Source of the DNA: Paraglomus brasilianum
Taxonomy: Eukaryota
NCBI GenBank assembly: GCA_910592345.1
Contig: CAJVPI010000238.1
Span: forward strand, 1 to 40,314
Direction of reading: 5' to 3'
DNA length: 40,314 nt
Made by a program: the position numbers and the translations under genes. Under the pieces are notes generated by a model. The model saw only the letters and a program-made list of their open reading frames with translations, was not told where the DNA came from and searched no databases. Positions 12,098-23,867 of the stretch are shown one piece after another; positions within the stretch are counted from its first letter, which is position 1; every line of letters begins with the position of its first letter.

Positions 12098-12110
12098 ATC
12101 ATGTTACACA
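12098..12110 (+). promoter_or_regulatory. Conserved upstream motif ATCAYGTTACACA (BTB-TLDc paralogue 1)
   Basis: ATCATGTTACACA ending 76 nt before the ATG. The same motif lies at a similar distance upstream of both other TLDc paralogues. Confidence 0.5.
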
Positions 12111-12185
12111 GATAACCGACACCGATAACCGATAAAAAACTTTAAACTTTGGCAATGTTGTATCGATTCTTAAAACTTTTACGAA

Positions 12186-13767
12186 ATGAGTAGTTTTAAT
12201 TTATCCTCAAGCCTTTCATCAGACTATGAAAAGCTTTACAAAAGTGGCAAATATACGGATGTTTCAATCCACGTTGGACAAAGGCCAAATAACAGTATAT
12301 TTTTTGCTCATACATTGGTATTATGTACCAGAAGCTTATTTTTTGAGAATAGATTAACTGGGAATACTGGGACGACAGCTGTAACGGTTGAAGATGTGAA
12401 GCCTGACGTTTTCGAAATATTACTCAGGTATTATCTTGTGTAAATTGTATGCACAATGTCATACTCATTATCTCACTTAATGATTCTGTAGTTTTATTTA
12501 CACTGGGCAATTATCCTATGATTCATGTGAAAGTGTAGGTTGGATTAATCTCCTGGATGGAGTTATCAAGTTTGAACTACTTGATCTCCTTAGTGCAATT
12601 GAAGCTTATTTGCTTGATCAACCAAAAGAATGGATCCAACAAAACATTCCCACAGTCCATATGTATGCTGCATCCACAACCTCTTTAAACAGACTTCAGG
12701 CCTTCTGTAGTCGAATTGTTGTTTCTCACCCAGATATTATCTTTAAGTCGGATGACATTGCAACCTTATCCAAGGAGACTTTGATCAGCCTTGTCAAGAG
12801 TGATGTGCTTAATATGGATGAAGATGAAGTTTGGATGTCTGTTGTACACTGGGCCACTAAGCAAGTGCCAGAACTAGAACTTGGAGATGATATGGATAAT
12901 TGGTCATCTAATGACATCAACACAGTCAAAGATATTATAGCTGATTTTATACCTTATATAAGATTTTTCAGTATTTCTCTTAAAATATTTGCCTTGTATG
13001 GTGATCTATTACCAAGAAAATTGCACCGTGACATACTTAAATATCATACAGATAAGGATTATAAACCAAGCACTCACATGTTACCACCAAGAACAAGGCA
13101 ACAATATGATATTGATTCAACTATTATTAACAAAGAGCAAGCAGAACAGAGTACATCACCGCCATTAAGACCAATCCAACAATATGATGTTGACATAGAT
13201 TCAATTATTATTAACAAAGAGCAAGCACAATGGATCTCATCACAGATTGTGGAATCAACAAGGCGACCTAAACCACAAAAGAATCAAAGGGCATCTGCAT
13301 CTGTGAAGCAAGATGATGAAACCTTAACCTATAAATATGAATTCACTTTACTTTATAGACAAAGTAGAGATGGCAATGCACCTGCAAAATTTAGAGAATT
13401 GTGTAATGACAAGGGGCCCACAATTGCTGTTGGGAAAGTGTTGGGTACTGAAGAAATACTTGGTGGATACAACTCATTTGCATGGGGTTCCGAAATTGTG
13501 TATGTTGATGCACTAGAAAGTTTTATATTTGCATTAGATGCAAACATAGATAAGAGTATAGCAAGTTTTGTTGATACTTCACGTTTCTATGCTATTTATG
13601 ATAATAGTACAATGTTTCCTGTTTTTGGATGTGGTTGGGATCTATCTTTTGGTAGTGATACACTTGCACCCAGTGTTCACAAAGGTACATACCAATTTTT
13701 AATAAGATCTTTAGAAACACCTTTTGAATGGGCTGATTGGGAGGTGTTTTCAGTTTCAAAGCTTTGA
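12186..13767 (+). CDS. BTB/POZ-BACK-TLDc protein, paralogue 1; join(12186..12427,12492..13767), ~505 aa
   Basis: BTB exon 1 and a 64-nt GT..AG intron (12428-12491) give LLS-FIYTG in frame with ORF 12610-13767. BACK motifs (DEDEVWMSVVHWA, IPYIRFF) and TLDc motifs (FTLLYRQSRDG, FRELCNDKGPTI, ILGGYN, ESFIF, WEVFSV) follow. Confidence 0.93.
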
Positions 13768-13985
13768 TTTATGTTTTTTAACTAGTGAGCAGGACAGGAG
13801 AAGGGGGAGCTGTATCAATGAAATAAATGAAATAAAATTAAATAGTTCAAGTTGGAAGTAAATTATAGCAGTTTGCAAAATTTTAGGATCACCCAAATTT
13901 TTTGAAAATGAAAAATTGATCAACCATGCCTTCAAAGGCATACAGTTCACACCCAACACGATATTTAATGATAAATGGGTGATAT

Positions 13986-14238
13986 TTGTAAATAACCGTT
14001 TTTACTATTTACTACGGAATTATTTGATTGGTCAAAAATTCACTCCCATGTATTTTGGATCGGGTGACGAGTTGGTGAAACTCATGTATTCTGCGGCGCT
14101 TTTGCATAACTTAGATTTCGAACTCCAACTTGATCACTTGATCGTTAATAAGTGATAATTCGCAAGTAGACGTCTGGGAGAGAAATTGAGTACTAGAGTG
14201 ATGAATACAAATGGTGATATAAAATTCATTATATAAAC
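13986..14238. repeat. Dispersed repeat, inverted copy of 1-241
   Basis: Reverse complement of the window start. Lies ~220 nt after the paralogue 1 stop codon. Confidence 0.92.
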
Positions 14239-15416
14239 GACAGACGGGAAAGAGTAAGTTGGCTGCTGAGAGTAAAACTAAAGCGGAACACTTTCCTGGG
14301 GTGGCTTCATCTCTTGTAATAATAAAATATAATATCTATTATCGCTTATTTGTATTATTTTGTTCTCTACCGATACTTTGATGTAAAAATTTCCTAGTGA
14401 CTAATAAGACATGTTACGAAAATAATTATTTTGTTATAAAATCATGGCGATTAATAAGCAGGGCATGAGAAGTATTCCTATTATAATATTCTCTGAATTG
14501 ACACTTTGCATATGAGTTCTTCGCGATTGGTAAGACAAGTAGCAGAGTATCCGTCTATTGATGCTTTGTGGTAATATCTTGGCGACTAATAAAGGAAACG
14601 TGAGAAGTGTTCAGTTTAGAAAGATTGCGATTATAAGACCTATGTCTAATACAAAAAAAGGCAATTCGTAATAATAAAGACAATGCATAATACCGAGAGT
14701 TTAATATACTCGTTAGAAGGTTGATACTCGTAATATACAACAAAAGTTATTGTGTGAATCCATCGTTATTGCAAACACCATTATTGTGAATCCATCGTTA
14801 TCGTAAATTTTGTTCAAGTTAAAATATTACTTCGTCCGTCAATGAGGGGAACCTATGCCAAAATGTTAGTAGAGTATTGGAGCCATAGAAATGCGGATAC
14901 TCTTGATAAAAAGCATTACAGTGGAAAGAAAAATATTAATGTTGAGGCTGAAATTAACCTTCATTAACGAGATATAATGTATAACGGGTATTAGATATTT
15001 ATATATGAGCGGCATTTCTTCGCCGCTACGTTTTACTAGAAACATCTGTTGAACCTGACCTTCGTTGATATATTATTCGTCTTTGTCTGTATGATGAAAC
15101 AGCGATGTTAGTAATTCCCTAAATATGTATTAACGAAATTAATAGGCCATTGAAAGTAGCGGTTAAATCTGAAGTGTATTCTTACTTAATTGTTATATAT
15201 TTTATAATTATTACGGGTAGTATAGAAAGGCCGATGGAGCATATATGCGAACAAGAGTACTACGAAACACGAATCATGAAAGACAATATTCAACGCAAAA
15301 TCATTCACCTAACAACAGTAAAATCATTCGTCTAGCAATAGTGTTGATTTACGATTTGATACAAAGAAACCAAACTGCAGAAATGGTTATTATTATCATT
15401 TTATCTGATCAGATAA

Positions 15417-15429
15417 ATCACGTTACACA
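15417..15429 (+). promoter_or_regulatory. Conserved upstream motif ATCAYGTTACACA (paralogue 2)
   Basis: ATCACGTTACACA ending 79 nt before the ATG at 15508, in an otherwise diverged upstream region. Confidence 0.5.
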
Positions 15430-15507
15430 GGTACACAAGATTTTATCTTATCGACTGTTAGCAATAAATACGACCTGACCTGAACATCATTGAAACTCTG
15501 TAAGAAA

Positions 15508-17043
15508 ATGGATAACTTTATTGATTTGTCCTCGAGCCTTTCAGTTGATTATGAGAAACTGTATGAAATTGGCAGATATACGGATATTTCAATCCATGTT
15601 GGAAAGGAGTCAAATAGCAAAATTTTTTTCGCCCATACAGTGATATTATGTACAAGAAGCAAATTCTTTGAAAATAACTTAAGCGAGAATACAGAGGCGC
15701 CCGATGAGATACAAAAGGCTGCCATGACCTTTGAAGATGTAAAACCCGACGTTTTCGAAATATTGCTCAGGTAACTATAATAGAATTGTCAACTTTCATA
15801 CATTGATGTCAATACTGGTAATACTCATTGCCATCATAGGTATATTTACACCGGGCGATTGTTCCATAATGCATGCAAGAATGTGGGTTGGATCAGTCTT
15901 TTGGATGGAGCTAGCAAGTTTGAACTAGTTGATCTCCTTACTGCAGTTGAAACTTATTTGATTGACAAACAAAGTGAATGGATTCAACAAAATATTCTTA
16001 CAGTACACAAATATGCTGCATCCACAGTCTCTTTGAGCAAACTTCTGGCCTACTGTAATCGAATTATGGTTTCCCACCCAGATATTATCTTTAAATCGAA
16101 CGATCTTGCAGCTTTACCAAAGGAGACTTTGATAACTCTTCTCAAGAGTGATGAGCTGAGCATGGATGAAGATGATGTTTGGACGTCAGTCATTCAATGG
16201 ACCATTAAGCAAGTGCCAGAACTAGAACTTGGAACTGATTCTGATGATTGGTCATCTAATGACACAAATACAATTAAAGATATTATTGCAGATTGTATTC
16301 CTCATATAAGATTTTTCAGTATCACCCCCAAAAAGGTTATTCTGTATGAGGATTTATTACCAAAGAAGCTACGTCGTGATATAATGAATTATTATGCTGA
16401 CAAAGACCATAAACCAAAGACTCCACTTTTACCACCAAGAACAGGGCAAGCATGCATGCTACCACCAAAAACAGAACAAGGATATGATATTGATTCTGTT
16501 GTCATTAATAACAAGCAAGCAGAATGGATCTCATCAAAGATTGTAGAATCAACAAAGCGGCTTCAAGAGGATCAAAAGACATCAATGAAGCAAGATGGTG
16601 TTTATAAACTTACTCTACTTTATAGAAAAAGTAGGGATGGTTATAAAGTTGCAAAATTTAGAGAATTGTGTAATGGCAAGGGGCCCACAATTGCTGTTGG
16701 GAAAGTGTCAGGTGCTGAAGAAATACTTGGTGGATATAACCCACTTTCATGGGGTTCCAATAATGGTTATGCTGAAACCAAAGAAAGTTTTCTATTCACA
16801 TTAGATAAAAACATGGATAAGTGTATAGTAATTTTTGTTGACAACAATCATAGTTCAAAAGCCATTTGGGATGATAATGATTGTTTTCCTACCTTTGGGA
16901 CTGATTTATATTTTGGTAGTAGTAATATTGAGTATGTCAGTAAACCTTATGCAAAAAAAGAAGCCTACCAATTTCCAATAAGATCTTCATCAGATTACTT
17001 TGAATGGGCTGATTGGGAAATGTTTTTGGTTTCGAAACTTTGA
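15508..17043 (+). CDS. BTB/POZ-BACK-TLDc protein, paralogue 2; join(15508..15770,15840..17043), ~488 aa
   Basis: ATG at 15508 (MDNFIDLSSSLS) aligns with the paralogue starts. A 69-nt GT..AG intron (15771-15839) gives LLR-YIYTG. BACK and TLDc motifs present (LLYRKSRDG, GKGPTIAVGKV, ILGGYNP, WEMFLV). Confidence 0.93.
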
Positions 17044-18127
17044 GTTAAATTATGCCACTTTATAGCTATCAATTTTGTTAGGAAATTTTTATTGCATCTA
17101 TTGAATGACTACTCATTTAACAAACTGTATTCTTATAAAACGTTATGATACGGTTGCAGGGTAAGGGTTTCCTTTGGCTGAAATTGATAATGAACGTTCA
17201 AAATCAATTTTTGTTTAGACGAATTTTCACATCGCATTCATTCCTTCAGAAGCTTTCATCGTTTAACGCTTTTGTGCATAAGCGCGCATAACTATTATTA
17301 TTAGGTATATTCAGCGATGGATTATGATTGTAGTTAAAGGAGATAATTCAGTATTGGGTCGCTACCTAAGTACGGCGTAAATCTATACTGATTAAATATA
17401 CTATTTTTCAGAGTTTATTCTGACAATCTAATTCATACGATTGATGTTTGCAGCTAAGCATAATGATAAAACTTGCACCAACAATTTCAATGCAAATTAC
17501 CGTGCGGTTAGATCAAAATCTACATTTACATTACAGTCTTCTTGTACCAATAATTTCAATGCAAATTATCGTACGCTTGACAGTCTAACCGTAATGCAAA
17601 AAAGTATGCCAATAATTTCGATGCAAATCATGAGTATTGGGTCTATCGTATGCAAGCTGTGGTTATGATATGCTTTTGATCCTCCGATTTACAGCGTAAC
17701 TTTGGACACAAATAACCGCTCAACAAATATTCACATCATTCTGTCTGCATCAATCTCTCTGTTTTTAAGCTCTTGTTGCGTTCGGCAACTGACGTATATC
17801 CAAAGGTTGCGTGAGCCATAGTATTCGAGCAAAGTGCGATCAACTCTTTTGTTTAGCCCTTATATCGTTCTTTACCGTGCAGCGTAGTAGTGCTTAATTG
17901 ATTTTAATAATAGTTGAATTGCAAAGCACAGGTGATTAGGGCATCGATCCGTACAAAAAATTTTTCTTATAAAGAGAGTTGACTGATATTAGAGTCACGT
18001 CAGTACATTAACAAGTCTTTATTTGGACTAAAGTAATTTGATATGTCAAGCCATGTTTTTTTTTGTTGTTTACACAACGCGGAAGAAACCGCGATATTTG
18101 ACAAATTTAATTACGCCAAAAGGGCAA
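16675..18127 (+). repeat. Direct duplication, copy 1 (TLDc 3' half plus ~1.1 kb downstream)
   Basis: Colinear high-identity match to ~20936-22757 through the stop codon and non-coding flank, with several indels. Confidence 0.92.
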
Positions 18128-19709
18128 CCGCAGCCAGTGTACCGAATAGAAATCGCAGTAACTAGCAAACATGCGACGTTTGTTATTCCGAAAAATATTA
18201 CCTCTCTCCTCCGTCGTCTCGCCGGGCCACTATTGTCCAAGCATCGCAGAACAGTCACCCCCACCAAAAAAACCACCCTCTCAAGTACCACCGCGTCGGA
18301 AACTGAGTCAAGCGGCTCCATGCAAATTGAGGACATCAATCCCAATTATCGCATCAACCAAAACGACTAAATCCAGGCGCGAACAACCCTACGAGATTTA
18401 GCCTCTCGGAAATTAACTAGTGAAAAGCAATTACTTGTCGATTAAAAATTTTTTTCAATGTATTAATTATTGTTTAAACATTTGTTATGCTATACATTTT
18501 AACGATAGCTTTATACAGATAAGTCATTCTCCTGTTACCTTTTCTTTAATACAATCGAACGTCTAATGAACTTAAATCATGATGACTCCGTTAATATCAC
18601 TTTAAGAAGAACTGTATGGTATAGGTCTATAACTTTATATATCCATTACTATATGACCACGGTAATATCTTTTTACATTCTAAAAGATTTGTTACGAAAG
18701 CACTATTATGCACCAATATTCATGTATATGACACATGTCAGTTTAAAATAGACGTTTGATCACAAACTATTTCAGTTTGCAGAACACTGAACATCATACG
18801 GTATAGTCTATATATACTTCATGCATACCAAGTATTCCCAACAACGCGACTTTTCCCTTATAGACTAGTTGCCCACTTGCCTCCTCACAACATCAATGAA
18901 AGTATGAACTATCGAACATATAACGCATTGTTGGATAACGAAGACACTCCGGTGTGAGACTATTATGTAACTCAAACGGCAAGTCTCTGCAGATTTGTAC
19001 CCATTCTACGAACTAGCACCGAATAATGGTCCCGTAGCTAAGTGACACTATTATTACATATTGTCATCTGATAACTATTGATGGCTATTTCTTGTACATA
19101 TGCTGCATAATTTCTGTTAAGAAATGATAGCTTTTGCTACATTATAGTTAATCTCACTCAGGGAAACTTATGAACTATGCTGAATTACTATTAAACATTG
19201 TCTTAGTACTGACAATACGATTTGCCATTTCAATGCCTCCCAGCCAATAGTCATATAATATCCAAAAGAGAAACTTTATATCAGTTAACTAAAATACCGT
19301 TATGGCATTAAACGTACAAGTATTATAAGCCGTGCATTTGGCAAAGTACTTAAAAACTTATTTAAAGATATAACAAGTTTGTTGGACGCTATATGGAGTA
19401 CGTACTGTCATTTGGTTGAGATAATTGCTTATTAACATATTTAAGATTTAGTAAAGACTGTGTAGCTTGCGCAGCAGGTCTCTTACTAATCTAGTTTGAT
19501 ACATAAATATGTCTCGCCCTAAAATTTAGCAGAAAAGATTTACTTACAATACACGAATAGCCGAAGTCAACGGGACCGAAGCTTAAGTTCGGATTAACGA
19601 GGTTGACTATGTATATTAAATTTCGACTTATACTGTATCTACAATAAAAGCAAGTTGAATCAAGCAAATCTAGTATAATACAGTAATAATGGTTAAAGTT
19701 CGTTAGATG

Positions 19710-19722
19710 ATCACGTTACACA
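19710..19722 (+). promoter_or_regulatory. Conserved upstream motif ATCAYGTTACACA (paralogue 3)
   Basis: ATCACGTTACACA ending 86 nt before the ATG at 19808. Confidence 0.5.
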
Positions 19723-19807
19723 CGGATAACCGATAACAATAAACGATCAAATTTTTAAATTTTGGCAACGCAACAAAATTGTATCAATTCTTAAGCATTG
19801 TATCGAA

Positions 19808-21301
19808 ATGAATAGCTTTGATTTATCCTCAGGCCTTTCATCAGACTATGAGAAGCTTTACAAAAGTGGAAAATATACGGATGTCTCAATCCACATTGGA
19901 CAAGAGCCAAATAACAAAATATTTCTTGCTCATACATTGGTATTATGCACCAGAAGTACATTTCTTGAGAATAGATTAACTGGGAATACTGAGACGTCTG
20001 AAGAGTCTCAAAAAGCTGCTATAACGGTTGAAGATGTGAAGCCTGACGTTTTCGAAATATTGCTCAGGTAAAATATCTCATAAAGTTGTGTGCAAGCTAT
20101 ACAATGCAATGCTCATTGTCCTAAATGATTCTGTAGGTTTATTTACACTGGGCAATTATCCTACGATTCATGTGAAAGTGTAGGTTGGATTAATCTCCTG
20201 GATGGAGCCAATAAGTTTGAACTACTTGATCTCCTTAGTGCAATTGAAACTTATTTGATTGAACAAGAAGAATGGATTCAACACAATATTCTTACAGTTC
20301 ACAACCTTGCTGTATCCATAGCCTCTTTGAAGAAACTTCTGGCCTACTCTAATCGAATTATGGCTTCCCACCCAGAAATCATCTTTAAGTCGGATGACAT
20401 TGCAACCTTACCCAAGGAGACTTTGGTCACTCTTCTCAAGGGTGATGAGCTTGGTATGGATGAAGATGATGTTTGGATATCTGTTATACAATGGGCCACT
20501 AAACAAGTGCCAGAACTAAAACTTGAAAATGATATAGATAATTGGTCATCTAATGACATCAACACAGTCAAAGATATCATTGCAGATTGTATACCTTATA
20601 TACGATTTTTCAGTATTTCTCCTAAAACATTTGCTTTATATGATGATCTATTACCAAGAACATTGCGCCGTGACATACTTAAATATCATACAGATAAGGA
20701 TTATAAACCAAACACTCACATGTTACCACCAAGAACAGGACAAGGATGTGAGATTGATTCACTTATCATTAACAAAGAGCAAGCACAATGGATCTCATCA
20801 AAGATTTTGGAATCAACAGGGCAGCTTCAAAAGACATCTATGAGGCAACATGTACATGATGTTCATAGATTTACTCTACTTTACAGACGGAGTAGAGATG
20901 GTAATACAGTAGCAAAATTTAGAGAATTATGTATTGGCAAGGGGCCCACAATTGCTGTTGGGAAAGTGTCAGGTGCTGAAGAAATACTTGGTGGATATAA
21001 CCCACTTTCATTTTCTCAAAAAGGTTTTGCTGAAACCAACGAAAGTTTTATTATTGCATTAGATAAAAACATGGATAAGTGTATAGTAAGTTTTGTTGTT
21101 GATAGTTTACATGCCATTTCTGATAATCATAATTGTTTTCCTACCTTTGGGAATGGTTCTGATTTATATTTTGGTAGTAGTAATATTGGGTATGTCGGTA
21201 AACCTTATGCAAAAAAAGAAGCCTACCAATTTCCAATAAGATCTTCATCAGATTACTTTGAATGGGCTGATTGGGAAGTGTTTTTGGTTTCGAAACTTTG
21301 A
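19808..21301 (+). CDS. BTB/POZ-BACK-TLDc protein, paralogue 3; join(19808..20067,20137..21301), ~474 aa
   Basis: BTB exon 1 and a 69-nt GT..AG intron (20068-20136) give LLR-FIYTG in frame with ORF 20255-21301. BACK and TLDc motifs as in the paralogues. Confidence 0.93.
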
Positions 21302-22757
21302 GTTAAATTATGCCACTTTATAGCTATCAATTTTGTTGGGAAATTTTTATTGCATCTATTGATTGACGACTCATTTAATAAACTGTATACTTACAAGACG
21401 TTATGATACGGTTGCAGGGTAAGGTTCCCTTTTGCTGACATTGATAATGAACATTCAAAGCTAGTCGACATCAATTTTTGTTTAGACGAATTTTCACATC
21501 GCAGAAGAAGCTTTCGTCGTTTTTGTGCATAAGCGCATAACTGTTATTATTAGACATAATCAGCGATGGATTATGATTGTAATTTAGTTAAAAGAGACAA
21601 TTCAGTAATTGGGTCGCTACCTAAGTACGGCGTAAATTAATGTAATTGAGCCAGCGGGACATTTCATAAACGACTTATAATTAATATACTATTTTTCAGA
21701 GTTTATTCTGACAATCTAATTCATACGATAACTTGCTTATGTTTTGATTATTGTTAGAATAGAGGTAAATGTCTTTCAACCATCGAAATATAAATTATGT
21801 CCAAATTTGGCATTGAAACTAATGTCAAGTTCGAAGCATTCTTGGAGAATCTATAACATTATTATTATAAACGGGTCAAAGTTTAGTCTTCGTTTAACCT
21901 GTCAAATTGCAATATTGTGTATTAGACAAATATCATATGCATCATACTGTAGTCATATTTACATTCTAACAGTCTATATTTACAGCTAACCATAATGATA
22001 AAACTTGCACCAACAATTTCAATGCAAATTACCGTGCGGTTAAATCAAAATCTACATTTACAATCTTCTCGTGCCAATATTTTCAATGCAAATTATCGTA
22101 CGATTAGATTACGCAAATATCGAATACAATTTAACCAAAAGATTCTATCCAATAATTCAATACAGCTACATTGACAGTCTAACCGTAATTGCTAAAAAGT
22201 ATGCCAATAATTTCGATGCAAATCATGATTACAAATTGAGTATTAGGTCTATCATACGCAAGCTGTGGTTACAATATGCTTTTGATCCTCCGATTTACGG
22301 CGTAACTTTGGACACAAATAGCCGCTCAACAATACTCACATCTGTTTTCGAGCAACTGACGTGGTTGCGCGAGCCATAGTATTCGAGCAAAGTGCAATCA
22401 ACTCTTTTGTTTTACCCGAGTTAGCCCCTTATAACGTTCTTTACTATGCAGCGTAGTGGTGCTCATTGGTTGACTTGTAAAGCACAGATCCGTACGAAAA
22501 AATTTTTTATAAAGAGAGTTGACTGTATATTAGGATCGTGTAAACTAATAACCGGAAAGCCAATTATTCCGCAACAATCAATCAAAGCAACCCGTGAATC
22601 TTTTAACCAATAAGTTCTAGATTCATCGATAACATTGTTTGCAGGGTTGTTCTCAGTACATTAACAAGTCTTTATTTGGACTAAAATAATTTGATATGTC
22701 AAGCCATGTTTTTTTTTGTTACGATATTTGACAAACAATTACGTCAAAAAGGGGCAA
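20936..22757 (+). repeat. Direct duplication, copy 2
   Basis: Matches 16675-18127, with extra blocks at about 21730-21980, 22105-22170 and 22535-22652. Confidence 0.92.
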
Positions 22758-23028
22758 GGGGTAACGCTGCTAGTAACGTGTTTTTGTACAGGTGAGATAT
22801 CAATTTGCAATCTAAACAGCTTTAAGGAGGTTTTCTGTAGCTGCCAATAAAATCTTAAAAGATCGAAATACATAATATTTTATATCAACAAGTCAATACA
22901 CAACTACATCTTGTCCTTTTTGGCATAATTAGTTTTGTCTGCTAATGTGTGTGTGGCACCTTGACACAGCCTGCAGTTGTCCTTTTTTTGGTACAATTAA
23001 CCTTGTCTTACCCCCTTTTTTTTACGTA
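22740..23028. mobile_element. Possible degenerate MITE (~290 bp) with TA ends
   Basis: Left end TACGTCAAAAAGGGGCAAG versus right end CTTACCCCCTTTTTTTTACGTA (imperfect inverted pair). Non-coding interior. Confidence 0.4.
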
Positions 23029-23408
23029 CATGGACGCAATATCCATTTATGTTTACAGTTCACAGATTCTCGCGCTCCTTATTGCGTAGATAACGACATT
23101 TAATGTCGTCATCTAACACGCTATCATATATATATACCCCAGATGCTTCTCTCCATTGCACATGTATTATTTCACAACAATTCCATATTATTACGCACAT
23201 ACGACACTTTGCTACAACTCACAAACAAGTTTTTAAACAACAACTGGCATAACTGATACTATGTCACGCTTCACAACAACCTCTCCTCCTCTAAGTAGCC
23301 AAAATCCCAGCACTTTGGAGTATTATCAACTTCTAAAACACCAAACTATATATTATTGTCGGCTCCTGCTAAATTACTAGCTCCCTCCCCTGCTCCTATT
23401 AAATCAAT

Positions 23409-23660
23409 GTGACGATACCGATTAAAACTAACAAGCAATTAGTCAAGTCGTCCGACTTTTGGCGGTGGATACTAGTAAAATTGGTGAATGGTATTTTGAA
23501 GCGTTATCATGAAGATGCCTCATATCCAATAGATGGATTTGCAATAAATTTCGGAAAGTGGGAGTCGGAACTAGCCAAGGATAAAAACGCAGTGGATTGT
23601 CATGGGCACCTTGGACGAGCGTATTTAGTTATCAAATTGGGAAGCGAAATCCCTTTTTGA
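23409..23660 (+). pseudogene. Gene fragment with an NFGxWE...CHGH motif (possibly a degenerate HIT-like histidine motif)
   Basis: Protein-like segment YPIDGFAINFGKWESELAKDKNAVDCHGHL with no ATG start and a disrupted context. Family guess from motif recall only. Confidence 0.4.
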
Positions 23661-23867
23661 AGGCAAAAGTGGTGTAACTGGTGGCATACTTGGAAGCCAG
23701 CCATTCAAGGCTGCCACAAAACTGGTGCTTTAAAACGATGAGCAAGACTCTGAAATGGACAAATATACATCAGTTTTCCCTCACACCCCAAACTCAGACT
23801 CACTAAAATCGTTACTCTTTGAGAAAACGCAGGGGAATAGATAATTCTATAAGAACTGAGTAGTGGA

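Noticed and set aside
14240..14320. Possible structured small RNA after TATATAAA
   Set aside because: The putative stem depends mostly on G-U pairs and I recognise no snRNA, snoRNA or SECIS motif.
18038..18401. GC-richer patch with overlapping short ORFs
   Set aside because: No domain is recognisable in any frame, and the longest ORF begins inside non-coding duplicated sequence at a non-ATG codon.
12428..20136. Split BTB ORFs as frameshifted pseudogenes or programmed frameshifts
   Set aside because: Each gap is a canonical 64-69 nt GT-AG intron at the same codon position.
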